Below, piece after piece: positions 27,914 to 38,620 of a stretch of 64,000 nucleotides of DNA. The position numbers and the translations under genes are program-made. Within the stretch, counting starts at the first letter, position 1. Each line of letters opens with the position of its first letter. The notes under the pieces were generated by a model. That model was not told the DNA's origin, made no database searches, and was given only the letters and a program-made list of their open reading frames with translations. The stretch covers positions 1,364,001 to 1,428,000 of the forward strand of contig JBHGNT010000006.1 of assembly GCA_043228905.1 (NCBI GenBank). Direction: 5' to 3'. The stretch comes from Azolla caroliniana (lineage: Eukaryota > Plantae > Polypodiophyta).

Positions 27914-29603
27914 GTCCGGCCAAAATAGGAGCCATTTGGTTGGACAACCCTAGATATGTACAACCTAGTGTGGGTTCCATTTCTTCCAAGCATGTTAGTA
28001 GAGTCTTCTCAGCCCTAGTACAAGTTAGGTCACCCAGTTGTCAACTTCAAGTCCAAGCCCTCTTAGATACTGGAGCCAATTCTTGTTTCATGGATAGAGA
28101 TTTTGCCGAAAAACACCAAATATCCTTGCATACACTTCCTTGTCCAGTTTCCGTAGTAGTGATTGATGGACGCCCCATAGCTTCCGGGAAGATATTTGAA
28201 GAGTCTGAGCCAATACACATAATCTTGGGTGATTTAGGATGTGTAGTTTCCTTTAACATAATCCGTAGTCCTGAGCATCCAATTGTCCTCGGTTTGCCAT
28301 GGTTCGAGCTACATAACCCTAGAATTGATTGGAGGAAGCGAGAAATTAGGTGCCCTTTAGCAGAAAATATCATTGTCAAGGATCGAACTCGGGATTATCC
28401 TCCCAAAGTATATAGTTCTACCGATGCACCATATCCTTCTCATAAAATTTCAGCCATCACATTGCAACAATTGCACCAAGTGGGAGGCAAGGAGGACCTT
28501 TTCTTATTTGCAGTATCAGTGACACCTTCTAGTGTCACTCAAGGGAATTCAGACATCCAAATTCCCAAAAAATATCAAGACTATGCTGATGTTTTCGACA
28601 AAGTCAAAGCTAGTGTTCTTCCAAAGCATCGGCCGTACGACTATCCTATTGATCTCCAACCAGGAAAAGAGCCTCCGTGGGGTCCGATTTACAATTTATC
28701 ACCCACTAAGCTTGAGGTTCTTCGAGAATACATCGAGGAAAATCTTGCACATGGGTTTATTCGACATTCAAAGTCTCCAGCTGGTGCTCCTATCTTTTTT
28801 GTGAAGAAAAAGGATGGCTCCCTTCGTTTGGTCGTGGACTATCGAGGCTTAAATAAAGTCACCATAAGGAATAGGTATGCTTTACCTTTAATCTCCAATC
28901 TCTTAGAACGCATTGGTGGGGCAAAGCATTTTACCAAAATTGATCTAAGGGGTGCATATAATCTTGTTCGAATTCGGCCGGGAGATGAGTGGAAAACAAC
29001 ATTTCGTACTCGGTATGGTCATTTCGAGTATACAGTCATGCCTTTTGGGCTCACAAATGCACTTGCCGTATTCCAACATATGGCAAATGACATCTTCCGG
29101 GATTTCTTGGATATTTTTCTAATCATCTACCTAGATGATCTATTGATTTACTCTAAAACACAGGGGGAGCATGATATACATGTGCGGCAAGTACTTGAAC
29201 GCCTAAGGAAGTATGGTCTTTACGCCAAACTTGAGAAATGCAGTTTTGATTGCAAACAAGTCGAATTTTTGGGATACACTATTTCATCCCAGGGTGTTTT
29301 CATGGACTCGGCAAAAGTCCAAACAATATTGGAATGGAAACCCCCATGCTCAGTTCGGGATGTCCAGTGTTTCCTCGGATTTGTGAACTTCTATCGCAAA
29401 TTCATACATAATTATTCAAGCATTGCGTTGCCCCTTACTCGACTCACCAAGAAAAATCAAGCATTTTTTTGGAGTATCGAAGCAGACAAGGCTTTTACGC
29501 AGCTGAAAGAGGCATTCACATCAGCACCCATCCTAGCACATATTGATCCTGAAAAGTCATTTACTATTGAGGCGGATGCATCAGACTTTGCATTGGGGAG
29601 TAT

Positions 29604-32600
29604 TGTTGGGATTACGGTCCCTTCGAATGGGATGGTCGGATGTCGGAGATGAATGCCGACGAGCCCGGTTTCGGTTTCGGAACCGGATGATGAAGACCCC
29701 GGCTTTGGAGCCGGATGACGAATGTACCCGGAGAGCGATCCGGATGCAGGGACATATCCGTGAATATGTTTGCTATGGGCCCCTGAGGCTATAGTTGTAA
29801 ATAGCCCCAAAGTCATATATGTATAAATATGACTTAGGGCAAACTGTTTTAGTGTTGCTGATCATTTTTCTGTTTTTCCACTCAAGAGGAGTGAAGAGGG
29901 AGCAGCCGTGAGAGAGAGAGAGAGAGATAGAGCGTGAGAGAGGAAGAGGACGACGCCTCTGTGTATTTCCGCCGCCTGTGGCGAGGACAACGAGCTCAAG
30001 GTCGTCGCCTTGCAGCTCGCCATTGTATACTCCTCTTTGTATAGTGTTGGTTTGGAGTCTTGTACTCCCGTGGTTTTTCCCATCTAGGGTTTTCCACGTT
30101 AATCCCTGTGTATTCATGTGTTTCTCTCTGTGGTTCCTATTTTCTGCTACATTGATTCGCGATTACTTGGTTGTGGCCGAGTGGTGAAGGTGAATCGAAG
30201 CGTCGATTCCCAACAAACTGGTATCAGAGCGAGCTGCTGCAGAAAATGGAAGGCGGCGGCAGCGGGCAGCCGGGGATGATGGTGCTGAATGCGCAGAATT
30301 ACGCCGACTGGAAGATCAAGATGGAGGATCTTCTGATTGTTCGGGACCTGTACGAACCGATTGACAGGTCGGAAATACCGAAGGGGGTACTTGAGTCGGA
30401 ATGGAGGCTTCTGAACCGGAAAGCCGTTGCAACCATTCGGCAATACGTCGACGTGAGCGTTCTACAACATGTGGCGAATGACACCAACGCATATGAGATG
30501 TGGCGGAAGCTGTCGGGCCTCTATGAGAGGAAGAATGCGTTGAACCGGACCTCCCTGATGAGGAAGATAGTGAATCTCAAGTACCGGGACGGCGACAGTA
30601 TGGTGGAACACGTAAGCACGTTCATGGGATTCGTGAATCAGCTTGCGGCGATCAAGTTCCCGTTGGAGGATGCAATGCAAGCCATCATCCTGATGTGTAC
30701 ATTGCCGGAAAGCTGGGAGAACTTGGTGGTGACTCTCAGCACCTCCTGCACCGAAGATAACTTGTCCTTACAAACGGTAAAGACAAGTATTTTGAACGAA
30801 GAAGCGCGTCGGAGAGATAAAGAACCGGCCTCCGACTCGAAGGCGCTGCTTACCGAATCGGATCGGGGAAGACAATGGAACCGGAGTCCGCAAAGACGGG
30901 AGAAGTCGGGGACCTGGTCGCAGTCAAGAGGAAGACCCACATGCTTCCACTGTGGGAAGCCGGGGCACTTCCGAAAGAATTGTCGGCATTACCGAAAAGA
31001 CAACGGAGCCGACGACACCGACTCGAAGAAGTCACCGGAGAGAAACGGTGCATACCGGGGAGCCACGGACCGGAGAGGTTCGGATCGGCGAGGGCAGGAC
31101 CGGAAAGGAACAACGGCACTCGCGGCAAGTGAGGAAGAAATCATGCTCATCACCGAAGAAGGTGAGCTAAACGTTGCCGGCGATGAGACGACCTGGGTGG
31201 TCGATTCCGGAGCATCGTTCCACCTGACCCCGGAGAGAAGATACTTCTCATCCTACACAGCCGGTGAGCATGGCTGTGTTCGGATGGGAAATGAAGGTAC
31301 GTGCCGGATTGCCGGCATAGGAGACGTGTGGTTGACAACCCCGACCGGATGCAAAATGCTGCTGAAGGATGTCCGACACGTTCCGGAGGTTCGATTGAAC
31401 CTGATTTCGGCCGGGAGGCTAGACGATGAAGGCTACACAGGTAGCATCCGGAACGGCGTAATGAAGTTCAGCAAGGGGAGCCTGATAGTGGCTCGGGCCC
31501 GGAAAGACAACACACTGTACCTGATGAATGCCCGGTTATGTCCTGAAGAGCTGAATGTGGCAGCCGACACTGCCGGTGAGCTGTGGCACAAAAGACTGTG
31601 TCACATGAGTGAGAAGGGGATGAAGAGGCTTGCAGAAGACAACCTTATTCCAGTGAAGCATGTGCACCTGGAGAAGTGCACCGATTGCCTGGCCGGTAAG
31701 CAGAACCAAACCTCCTTCCACTCAAGGCCACCGACGAGACGTAGCGCACCATTGGAGTTGGTGCACACTGATGTGTGTCAGGTAGAAACGAAGTCACATG
31801 GCGGAGCCCAGTACTTCGTAACATTCATTGATGATCACAGCCGGAAGCTGTGGACGGCACCGCTGAAGACAAAGGACCAAGTGTTGTGCGTCTTCAAAGA
31901 ACTCCACGCGAGAGTGGAAAGGGAATCCGGCAAGAAGCTGAAAGCGATACGAGCGGATAACGGAGGGGAATACCGGGGGCAGTTCCAGGAGTACTGTCGC
32001 TCGAAGGGAATCCGGCTCGAGTTTACTGTGCCGAAGACGCCGGAACTAAACGGGCTGGCCGAGAGGATGAACCGGACCATAATGGAGCGGGTCCGGAGTA
32101 TGCTGGCGCATGCGAAATTACCCAAGGGGTTTTGGGCTGAGGCAATGTCGACGGCGACATACGTGATAAACAGATCACCCTCAGTACCTTTGGACGGAGA
32201 CACGCCGCAGAAAGTGTGGACCGGTAAGGAAGTGTCCTACCGGCATCTGAAGGTGTTCGGGTGTCTCGCATACGTGCATGTGGCAAAGGACCGGAGAGGA
32301 AAGCTAGATCCAAAGACCCGGCCATGCATATTCCTCGGTTACGGCGACGACGAGTTCGGCTACCGAGTATGGGACCCGGTCGACAAGAAGATATTCAGGA
32401 GTCGAGACATCATCTTCATGGAGGACAAGACACTCGCCGACTGGGAATCGGAGAAGAAGATGAAGAGCTCCAAGTCGACCGGTGAGGATCAACTCTACGA
32501 GGAGCAGTCCCGACCGGCAAGGGACCGGTTAGCACTCGAGGATCCGGCCGAAGACGGTGAAGAAACAGAACCGGCCGAAGAAGATGAAAATGATACCGGA

Positions 32601-34941
32601 ACCGGCCCCGATCCCGAAATGGATTCGGATGAAGAAGAATCGGAAGAACCGGTTACCGAAGCTCCGGAACGAAGATATCCTCTAAGAGAGAGAAGGGCCC
32701 CCCGGAGATTTCCGGAACCAGAGCACGTGCTGCTAACCGACGAGGGGGAGCCGGAGAGCTTTGAAGAAGCAAAACATGACACCCAGAGCCGCAGGTGGTT
32801 GAGTGCCATGCAGGACGAGATGGATTCCCTGCATGAGAACCACACATATGTACTTGTGGAGTTGCCGAAAGGAAAGCGGGCACTTCGAAACAAGTGGGTG
32901 TTCAAGCTGAAACCGGGAGATGCCGGAAACCCCCCGAGATACAAAGCCAGGATCGTGGTGAAGGGGTTTCAGCAGAAGAAGGGCGTCGACTTCGACGAGA
33001 TATTTGCCCCGGTAGTGAAGATGACCTCCATCCGGACGGTGCTGAGCATAGCGGCAAGCATGGACCTCGAGGTAGAACAGATGGACGTGAAGACGGCATT
33101 CCTTCACGGTGACCTCGATGAAGAGATCTACATGCAGCAACCGGAAGGATTCGAGAAGAAAGGGAAGGAGCACCTGGTATGCCGGCTGAAGAAGAGCCTT
33201 TACGGACTGAAGCAGGCTCCCCGGCAATGGTACCGGAAGTTCGACTCCTTCATGACCGACGAAGGGTACCTCAAAACGCAGTCCGACCACTGCGTGTTTG
33301 TGAAGAAGTTCGAAGGAGGAGACTTTCTAATACTCCTCCTGTACGTGGACGACATGCTGATCGTCGGACGGGACCAGGTCAAGATACGGATGCTGAAGAA
33401 GGCTCTTCACCGAACCTTCTCAATGAAGGACCTGGGTCCGGCGAGGCAAATACTAGGGATGCACATCATCCGGGACCGGAAGAAGAAGCAGTTGTGGCTG
33501 TCACAGGAGAAATACGTGACGAAGGTGCTTCACCGGTTCAACATGTCGGAAGCAAGACCGATCGGATCGACCCTCTCGGCAAACTGCAAGCTGTCCAGCA
33601 AGCAAAGTCCCAAGACAAAGGCTGAAAAGGAGGAAATGATGAAAGTGCCGTATGCCTCAGCCGTCGGGAGCTTGATGTACGCCATGGTGTGTACGAGACC
33701 GGACATAGGATATGCAGTTGGAGTGGTGAGCCGGTACATGAGCAATCCCGGCAAAGAGCATTGGAACGCGGCCAAGTGGATACTCCGATACCTGAAAGGC
33801 ACGACAAACGTGTGCCTCCGATTCGGCTCCGGTAAGCCCGAACTCGACGGCTTCACCGATTCGGATATGTCGGCTGATGCAGATACCAGCCGGTCCACAT
33901 CAGGGTATGTGATGACGTATGCAGGGGGAGCCGTTTCGTGGCAGTCGAGGCTGCAGAAGACGGTTGCGTTGTCAACCACGGAGGCGGAGTATATGGCAGC
34001 TGTTGAAGCCGGCAAGGAAATAATATGGATGAAGAACTTCATTAGAGAGCTCGGTATCCGGCAGGAGGAGTACCGACTCTACTGCGACAGTCAGAGTGCA
34101 ATCCACCTTGCGAAGAACGCGGCCTATCACTCCCGGACGAAGCACATCCAGCGAAGATATCACTGGATCCGGGAAAGGATAGAAGACAAGGAGTTCGTGC
34201 TGACAAAGATCCACACGGACGAGAACGGGTCGGATATGCTGACCAAGGTGCTCACACCCGACAAGCTGGAAGCATGCCGCAAGAGGATCGGATTGGAAAG
34301 ACATCCCATGCCGAAGTGAAGGGGGAGTTTGTTGGGATTACGGTCCCTTCGAATGGGATGGTCGGATGTCGGAGATGAATGCCGACGAGCCCGGTTTCGG
34401 TTTCGGAACCGGATGATGAAGACCCCGGCTTCGGAGCCGGATGACGAATGTACCCGGAGAGCGATCCGGATGCAGGGACATATCCGTGAATATGTTTGCT
34501 ATGGGCCCCTGAGGCTATAGTTGTAAATAGCCCCAAAGTCATATATGTATAAATATGACTTAGGGCAAACTGTTTTAGTGTTGCTGATCATTTTTCTGTT
34601 TTTCCACTCAAGAGGAGTGAAGAGGGAGCAGCCGTGAGAGAGAGAGAGAGAGATAGAGCGTGAGAGAGGAAGAGGACGACGCCTCTGTGTATTTCCGCCG
34701 CCTGTGGCGAGGACAGCGAGCTCAAGGTCGTCGCCTTGCAGCTCGCCATTGTATACTCCTCTTTGTATAGTGTTGGTTTGGAGTCTTGTACTCCCGTGGT
34801 TTTTCCCATCTAGGGTTTTCCACGTTAATCCCTGTGTATTCGTGTGTTTCTCTCTGTGGTTCCTATTTTCTGCTACATTGATTCGCGATTACTTGGTTGT
34901 GGCCGAGTGGTGAAGGTGAATCGAAGCGTCGATTCCCAACA
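29604..34941 (+). mobile_element. Intact young Ty1/copia (Tnt1/Tork-like); 612-bp LTRs 29604-30215 and 34330-34941
   Basis: TSD AGTAT; PBS TGGTATCAGAGC (tRNA-iMet) at 30219; PPT GAAGGGGGAG; I saw only about 3 differences between the LTRs. Confidence 0.97.
30246..34319 (+). CDS. Copia gag-pol polyprotein, uninterrupted (~1357 aa)
   Basis: CFHCGKPGHFRKNC knuckle, WVVDSGAS protease, HHCC/DDE integrase, YVDD RT and RNase H in one ORF. Confidence 0.95.
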   Translation: MEGGGSGQPGMMVLNAQNYADWKIKMEDLLIVRDLYEPIDRSEIPKGVLESEWRLLNRKAVATIRQYVDVSVLQHVANDTNAYEMWRKLSGLYERKNALNRTSLMRKIVNLKYRDGDSMVEHVSTFMGFVNQLAAIKFPLEDAMQAIILMCTLPESWENLVVTLSTSCTEDNLSLQTVKTSILNEEARRRDKEPASDSKALLTESDRGRQWNRSPQRREKSGTWSQSRGRPTCFHCGKPGHFRKNCRHYRKDNGADDTDSKKSPERNGAYRGATDRRGSDRRGQDRKGTTALAASEEEIMLITEEGELNVAGDETTWVVDSGASFHLTPERRYFSSYTAGEHGCVRMGNEGTCRIAGIGDVWLTTPTGCKMLLKDVRHVPEVRLNLISAGRLDDEGYTGSIRNGVMKFSKGSLIVARARKDNTLYLMNARLCPEELNVAADTAGELWHKRLCHMSEKGMKRLAEDNLIPVKHVHLEKCTDCLAGKQNQTSFHSRPPTRRSAPLELVHTDVCQVETKSHGGAQYFVTFIDDHSRKLWTAPLKTKDQVLCVFKELHARVERESGKKLKAIRADNGGEYRGQFQEYCRSKGIRLEFTVPKTPELNGLAERMNRTIMERVRSMLAHAKLPKGFWAEAMSTATYVINRSPSVPLDGDTPQKVWTGKEVSYRHLKVFGCLAYVHVAKDRRGKLDPKTRPCIFLGYGDDEFGYRVWDPVDKKIFRSRDIIFMEDKTLADWESEKKMKSSKSTGEDQLYEEQSRPARDRLALEDPAEDGEETEPAEEDENDTGTGPDPEMDSDEEESEEPVTEAPERRYPLRERRAPRRFPEPEHVLLTDEGEPESFEEAKHDTQSRRWLSAMQDEMDSLHENHTYVLVELPKGKRALRNKWVFKLKPGDAGNPPRYKARIVVKGFQQKKGVDFDEIFAPVVKMTSIRTVLSIAASMDLEVEQMDVKTAFLHGDLDEEIYMQQPEGFEKKGKEHLVCRLKKSLYGLKQAPRQWYRKFDSFMTDEGYLKTQSDHCVFVKKFEGGDFLILLLYVDDMLIVGRDQVKIRMLKKALHRTFSMKDLGPARQILGMHIIRDRKKKQLWLSQEKYVTKVLHRFNMSEARPIGSTLSANCKLSSKQSPKTKAEKEEMMKVPYASAVGSLMYAMVCTRPDIGYAVGVVSRYMSNPGKEHWNAAKWILRYLKGTTNVCLRFGSGKPELDGFTDSDMSADADTSRSTSGYVMTYAGGAVSWQSRLQKTVALSTTEAEYMAAVEAGKEIIWMKNFIRELGIRQEEYRLYCDSQSAIHLAKNAAYHSRTKHIQRRYHWIRERIEDKEFVLTKIHTDENGSDMLTKVLTPDKLEACRKRIGLERHPMPK

Positions 34942-37747
34942 AGTATCCTATCGCAACCAGGCGAGGACGGGCAGATACATCCAGTTGCGTTTCACTCGAG
35001 AAAGTTTACTGTTTCGGAGATAAACTATGAGGTGCATGACAAGGAGTTACTAGCTGTGGTCGACTCATTCGAGCAATGGCGTCATTTTCTAGAAGGATCA
35101 CCTCATCAGATTATCATTTATAGTGATCACAAAAATCTCACATATTTTCAAACAGCTCGAGTATTAAATAGACGACAAGCTCGGTGGGCCCAATTTCTAA
35201 CGCGTTTTGATTTCAAGATCATTTTTCGCCCCGGAAAAGGGAAAGCAAATGCTCTATCTCGGCGTTCGTATCTAGCACTTCGACCTGGAGATCCGGCCTT
35301 TGACAATCAAAAGCAAACTCTCCTCGGGCCATCAAAGCTACAGGTAACAACAATTTATGCCACACCACTTGATTCTACCCTTCTTGACACTATTCGGCAA
35401 CAACTTCATTCGGATGATTTTGCTAAGGATGTCTTAGCCCACTGTGGTTCAAGTTGTCCATCTTGCTCCACATTGCCAGGGTCATCTCAACATTATCAGG
35501 ACTTCAAGTGGCAAGATGGTTTACTCTTCTACAAGAATCTCCTTTACGTCCCCGACGGATCACCCCGACTTCAAGTGTTGGAACATTGTCATGATGCCCC
35601 CATGGCTGGACATTTTGGTATTTCCAAGACCATTGAGCTGGTGAAACGTTTGTTTTGGTGGCCTCACTTGCAAAAATTTGTCAAAGATTATGTTCGCACT
35701 TGTGACACCTGCTGTCGCGCCAAAATACCCCGGCATCACCCTTATGGCTTACTACAACCATTACCCCCTCCCAACAAGCCATGACAGTCTATTTCTATGG
35801 ATTTCATTACGGATCTGCCACCTTCCAAAGGCTTTGATACTATTTTAATAGTAGTGGATCGATTCACCAAGATGGCACATTTTGTACCATGTGTAAAGAC
35901 CATCAATAGTGAAGAAACTGCAGATCTCATTATGCGTGAAGTGTTTCGCCATCATGGTCTCCCGAATGATATTATTAGCGATCGAGGTCCTCAATTTATC
36001 TCACACTTTTGGAAGCACCTATGGGCAGGCCTCAAAATCTCTTGCAAACTCTCTTCGGCTTATCATCCACAAACTGACGGACAAACAGAGCGCACAAATC
36101 AAACGCTCGAGCAATATCTTCGATGTTTCATTAGTTATCAACAAGATGATTGGAGTAAAATTTTACATCTTGCCGAGTTTGCATACAACAACACAGTCCA
36201 CTCTTCTACCAAAGTTACACCTTTCTTTGCCTACACCGGTAACCACCCTCGATGGTGTATACTGGATCTTCCCGAGGTGTCACGAAACCCTAGTGCGACG
36301 CATCACCTCCACCGACTACAACAAATCCAGTTCGAGTTATCGTCACATCTTCAGAAAGCGCAAGCACACCATAAGACCAATGCCGATCGACATCGTCTTA
36401 AGTCTCTGTTTAAGGTTGGTGACCGTGTATGGTTGCTTCGTCGTCACATCAAGACTACCCGACCGTGTGCTAAGCTTGACTATCAACGCTTAGGTCCTTT
36501 TGTCATCACGACGCAGATTAATGATGCAACATTTCGTCTTAAACTTCCTGCACATATGCGACTTCGCCCTGTCTTTCATAGCTCTCTTTTGGAACCTTGC
36601 CACACCTCTTTAATTCCTAATCGTGTCGTGCCACCACCGCCTTCTGTACAACTTGTGGACGGCCCTGAATACGAGGTAGCTGCTATTCTCGATTCTAAGA
36701 TTGTGGGCAATAAGCTTTATTATCTAGTTGATTGGCTTGGTTATCCTCCGAGTGATCGCACTTGGGAACCCATCGATAACGTTTGTAATGCTGAAGCTCT
36801 GGTCAACGACTTCCATCGTCACTATCCAAACAAGCCCGGCCCAACAATGTTAACGCCGACTTCCACTCGGCGTTCTCGAAGGAGGGATAGTGTCATGAAC
36901 ACATGACCATTATGGCGTCACCCGGACTTGAACCTCGAACCTTGTAATTCATACTTGAAAACCTCAACCATTAAGATAGCTTATTGTTATATGAAACAAT
37001 AATAGCTACTTCTTGTATTACATTGATTATTGTAAAAACTCTAGATTACATTGATTCTTGAATTTCCTAGAGCATTCTAGGTCTAGAACATTCTAGAACA
37101 TTCTAGAAATCTCTAAGCTATTCTATAGGAACCTATAAATAAGCGCATACATGTATTCTCAAATCAATTTGAATCAACACCAGTCTTTAGCTCTCATTAC
37201 ATATCTTGTATCCATTCTCTTTCTTTCTCTATCTTATACATACATTCTTCTCTATCCTTCTTCCATCACTCTATCTTTTATCCTTGGTTCTGACAGGTTT
37301 CGGTTTTCAACATAGGTCAAATTTGTAATTTTTAATTGTTAATTTTTTAAAATTGATAATATTTCATTTTTTTAAAATTTTAAAATTTTAAAGATGTTCC
37401 TAAAATGTGAGAATAAGGTCTAAAAATGAAAAAACTTTTAAAAAACAAATTTTTAAAATTTAATTAAAAAAAATAAAATAAAAACAAAAAACTGTTAAAC
37501 CGTTTAAACCGAACCGTTAATAAAAACATAAACCTTAATTGAACCGAACCGTTGAAACCGTTAAGCCGTTACGCCACAGTTTCACGGTTCGGTTCGGTTC
37601 AAACCGAACTGTTGCCCATTGTTACATATTATATGTCGTTAGATCTTTGTAGCATTTTGATTACGCTTAAAATCTACACTCCCTAAAGATTCTCGAACAA
37701 CTAAATCTGGTTGTCATATGCTCTAGCTTTATTTTTTATATTAAGTA

Positions 37748-38260
37748 ATCCTACCTTATTATATGAAGGGCATACAAGATGAAATATCAAACATAATAAA
37801 ACTAAACTACATTCCAATAATTTTTTACAATCTTAGGCTTGGGAAGTAGAGAGTTGAAGTAAATGTATGATACATATAATTTAGTGTGTTGAGGATAAGT
37901 AGTTGATCGTCTCTTTTAAAAACATTTGACAAAGCGATCCAAATAGTTTACACTAACAATACTTGGAATTAGTTGTCAACTTTGTGGTGAAATTTTGATA
38001 TCATATCCTACCTTATTATATGAAGGGCATACAAGATGAAATATCAAACATAATAAAATTAAACTACATTCCAGAAAATGATTTACAATCTCAGGGTTGG
38101 CAAGTATTGAGTTGAAGTAAATGTATGATACATATAATTTAGTGTGTTGATAAGTAGTTGATCGTCACTTTTAAAAACATTTGACAAAGCGATCCAAATA
38201 GTTTACACTAAAAATACTAGGAATTAATTGTCAACTTTGTGGTGAAATTTTGATATTATA
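37748..38260. repeat. ~257-bp tandem duplication
   Basis: ATCCTACCTTATTATATGAAGGGCATACAAG...GGTGAAATTTTGATAT at ~37748 and ~38005. Confidence 0.85.
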
Positions 38261-38339
38261 TTAGCCATGGTATATGTGATGGATGTGGAGGTTATAAATT
38301 ACACATACAAATGTGTCATACAAATGTTTGCTTGATCGA

Positions 38340-38620
38340 AGTTTGGGTGGCTGTGTCATGTAAACTTCCTCCTCAAGCTTGTCCTAGAGGACCTTGTTCT
38401 ACATGTACATTTGATGCAAGTGCCATTCTTTCACTTCCATGAGTGCAATTGACGTCCTCACGGTAGTCATTTTTGCCACCATGGCAAAGGTTTCCTCATT
38501 GTCTATGTTGTGGGTTTGAGCATATGCTTTAGCAAGTAGTCGAACCTTAACTTAGTTGACCATGTTCTTCGTGTTGTGCTTGATCTTGAACACCCAATGG
38601 GAAGCAGTTGATTCTTCTCA
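38340..38620 (-). pseudogene. Degenerate copia RT fragment
   Basis: Reverse strand reads RLLAKAYAQTHNIDNEETFAMVAKMTTVR. Confidence 0.65.

Larger units (their letters stand above)
27940..36906 (+). pseudogene. Chromovirus pol (27940-29603 and 34947-36906), interrupted in RNase H by a copia; nonsense codon at 35782
   Basis: LLDTGA protease, YLDD RT, EADASDFALG/SILSQ RNase H, HHCC and DDE integrase, chromodomain YEVAAILDSK...YLVDWLGY...TWEP. Confidence 0.92.
26275..37295 (+). mobile_element. Ty3/gypsy chromovirus (Tcn1/Tf1-like), full length, inactivated; LTRs 26275-26683 and 36891-37295
   Basis: TGTCA...TGACA LTR pair, TSD GGTTT, PPT GAAGGAGGGATAG; order gag-PR-RT-RH-IN-chromodomain. Confidence 0.95.
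26103..37624. mobile_element. hAT-type MITE copy 3, split by the gypsy insertion (MITE parts 26103-26274 and 37296-37624)
   Basis: TIR TAACAATCGGCAACAATTCGGTTTG vs CAAACCGAACTGTTGCCCATTGTTA; 8-bp TSD CATACTAT/CATATTAT. Confidence 0.8.

Noticed and set aside
30171-30245. ORF-track start of the copia polyprotein
   Set aside because: It begins inside the LTR at a GTG; the ATG at 30246 after the PBS is more plausible
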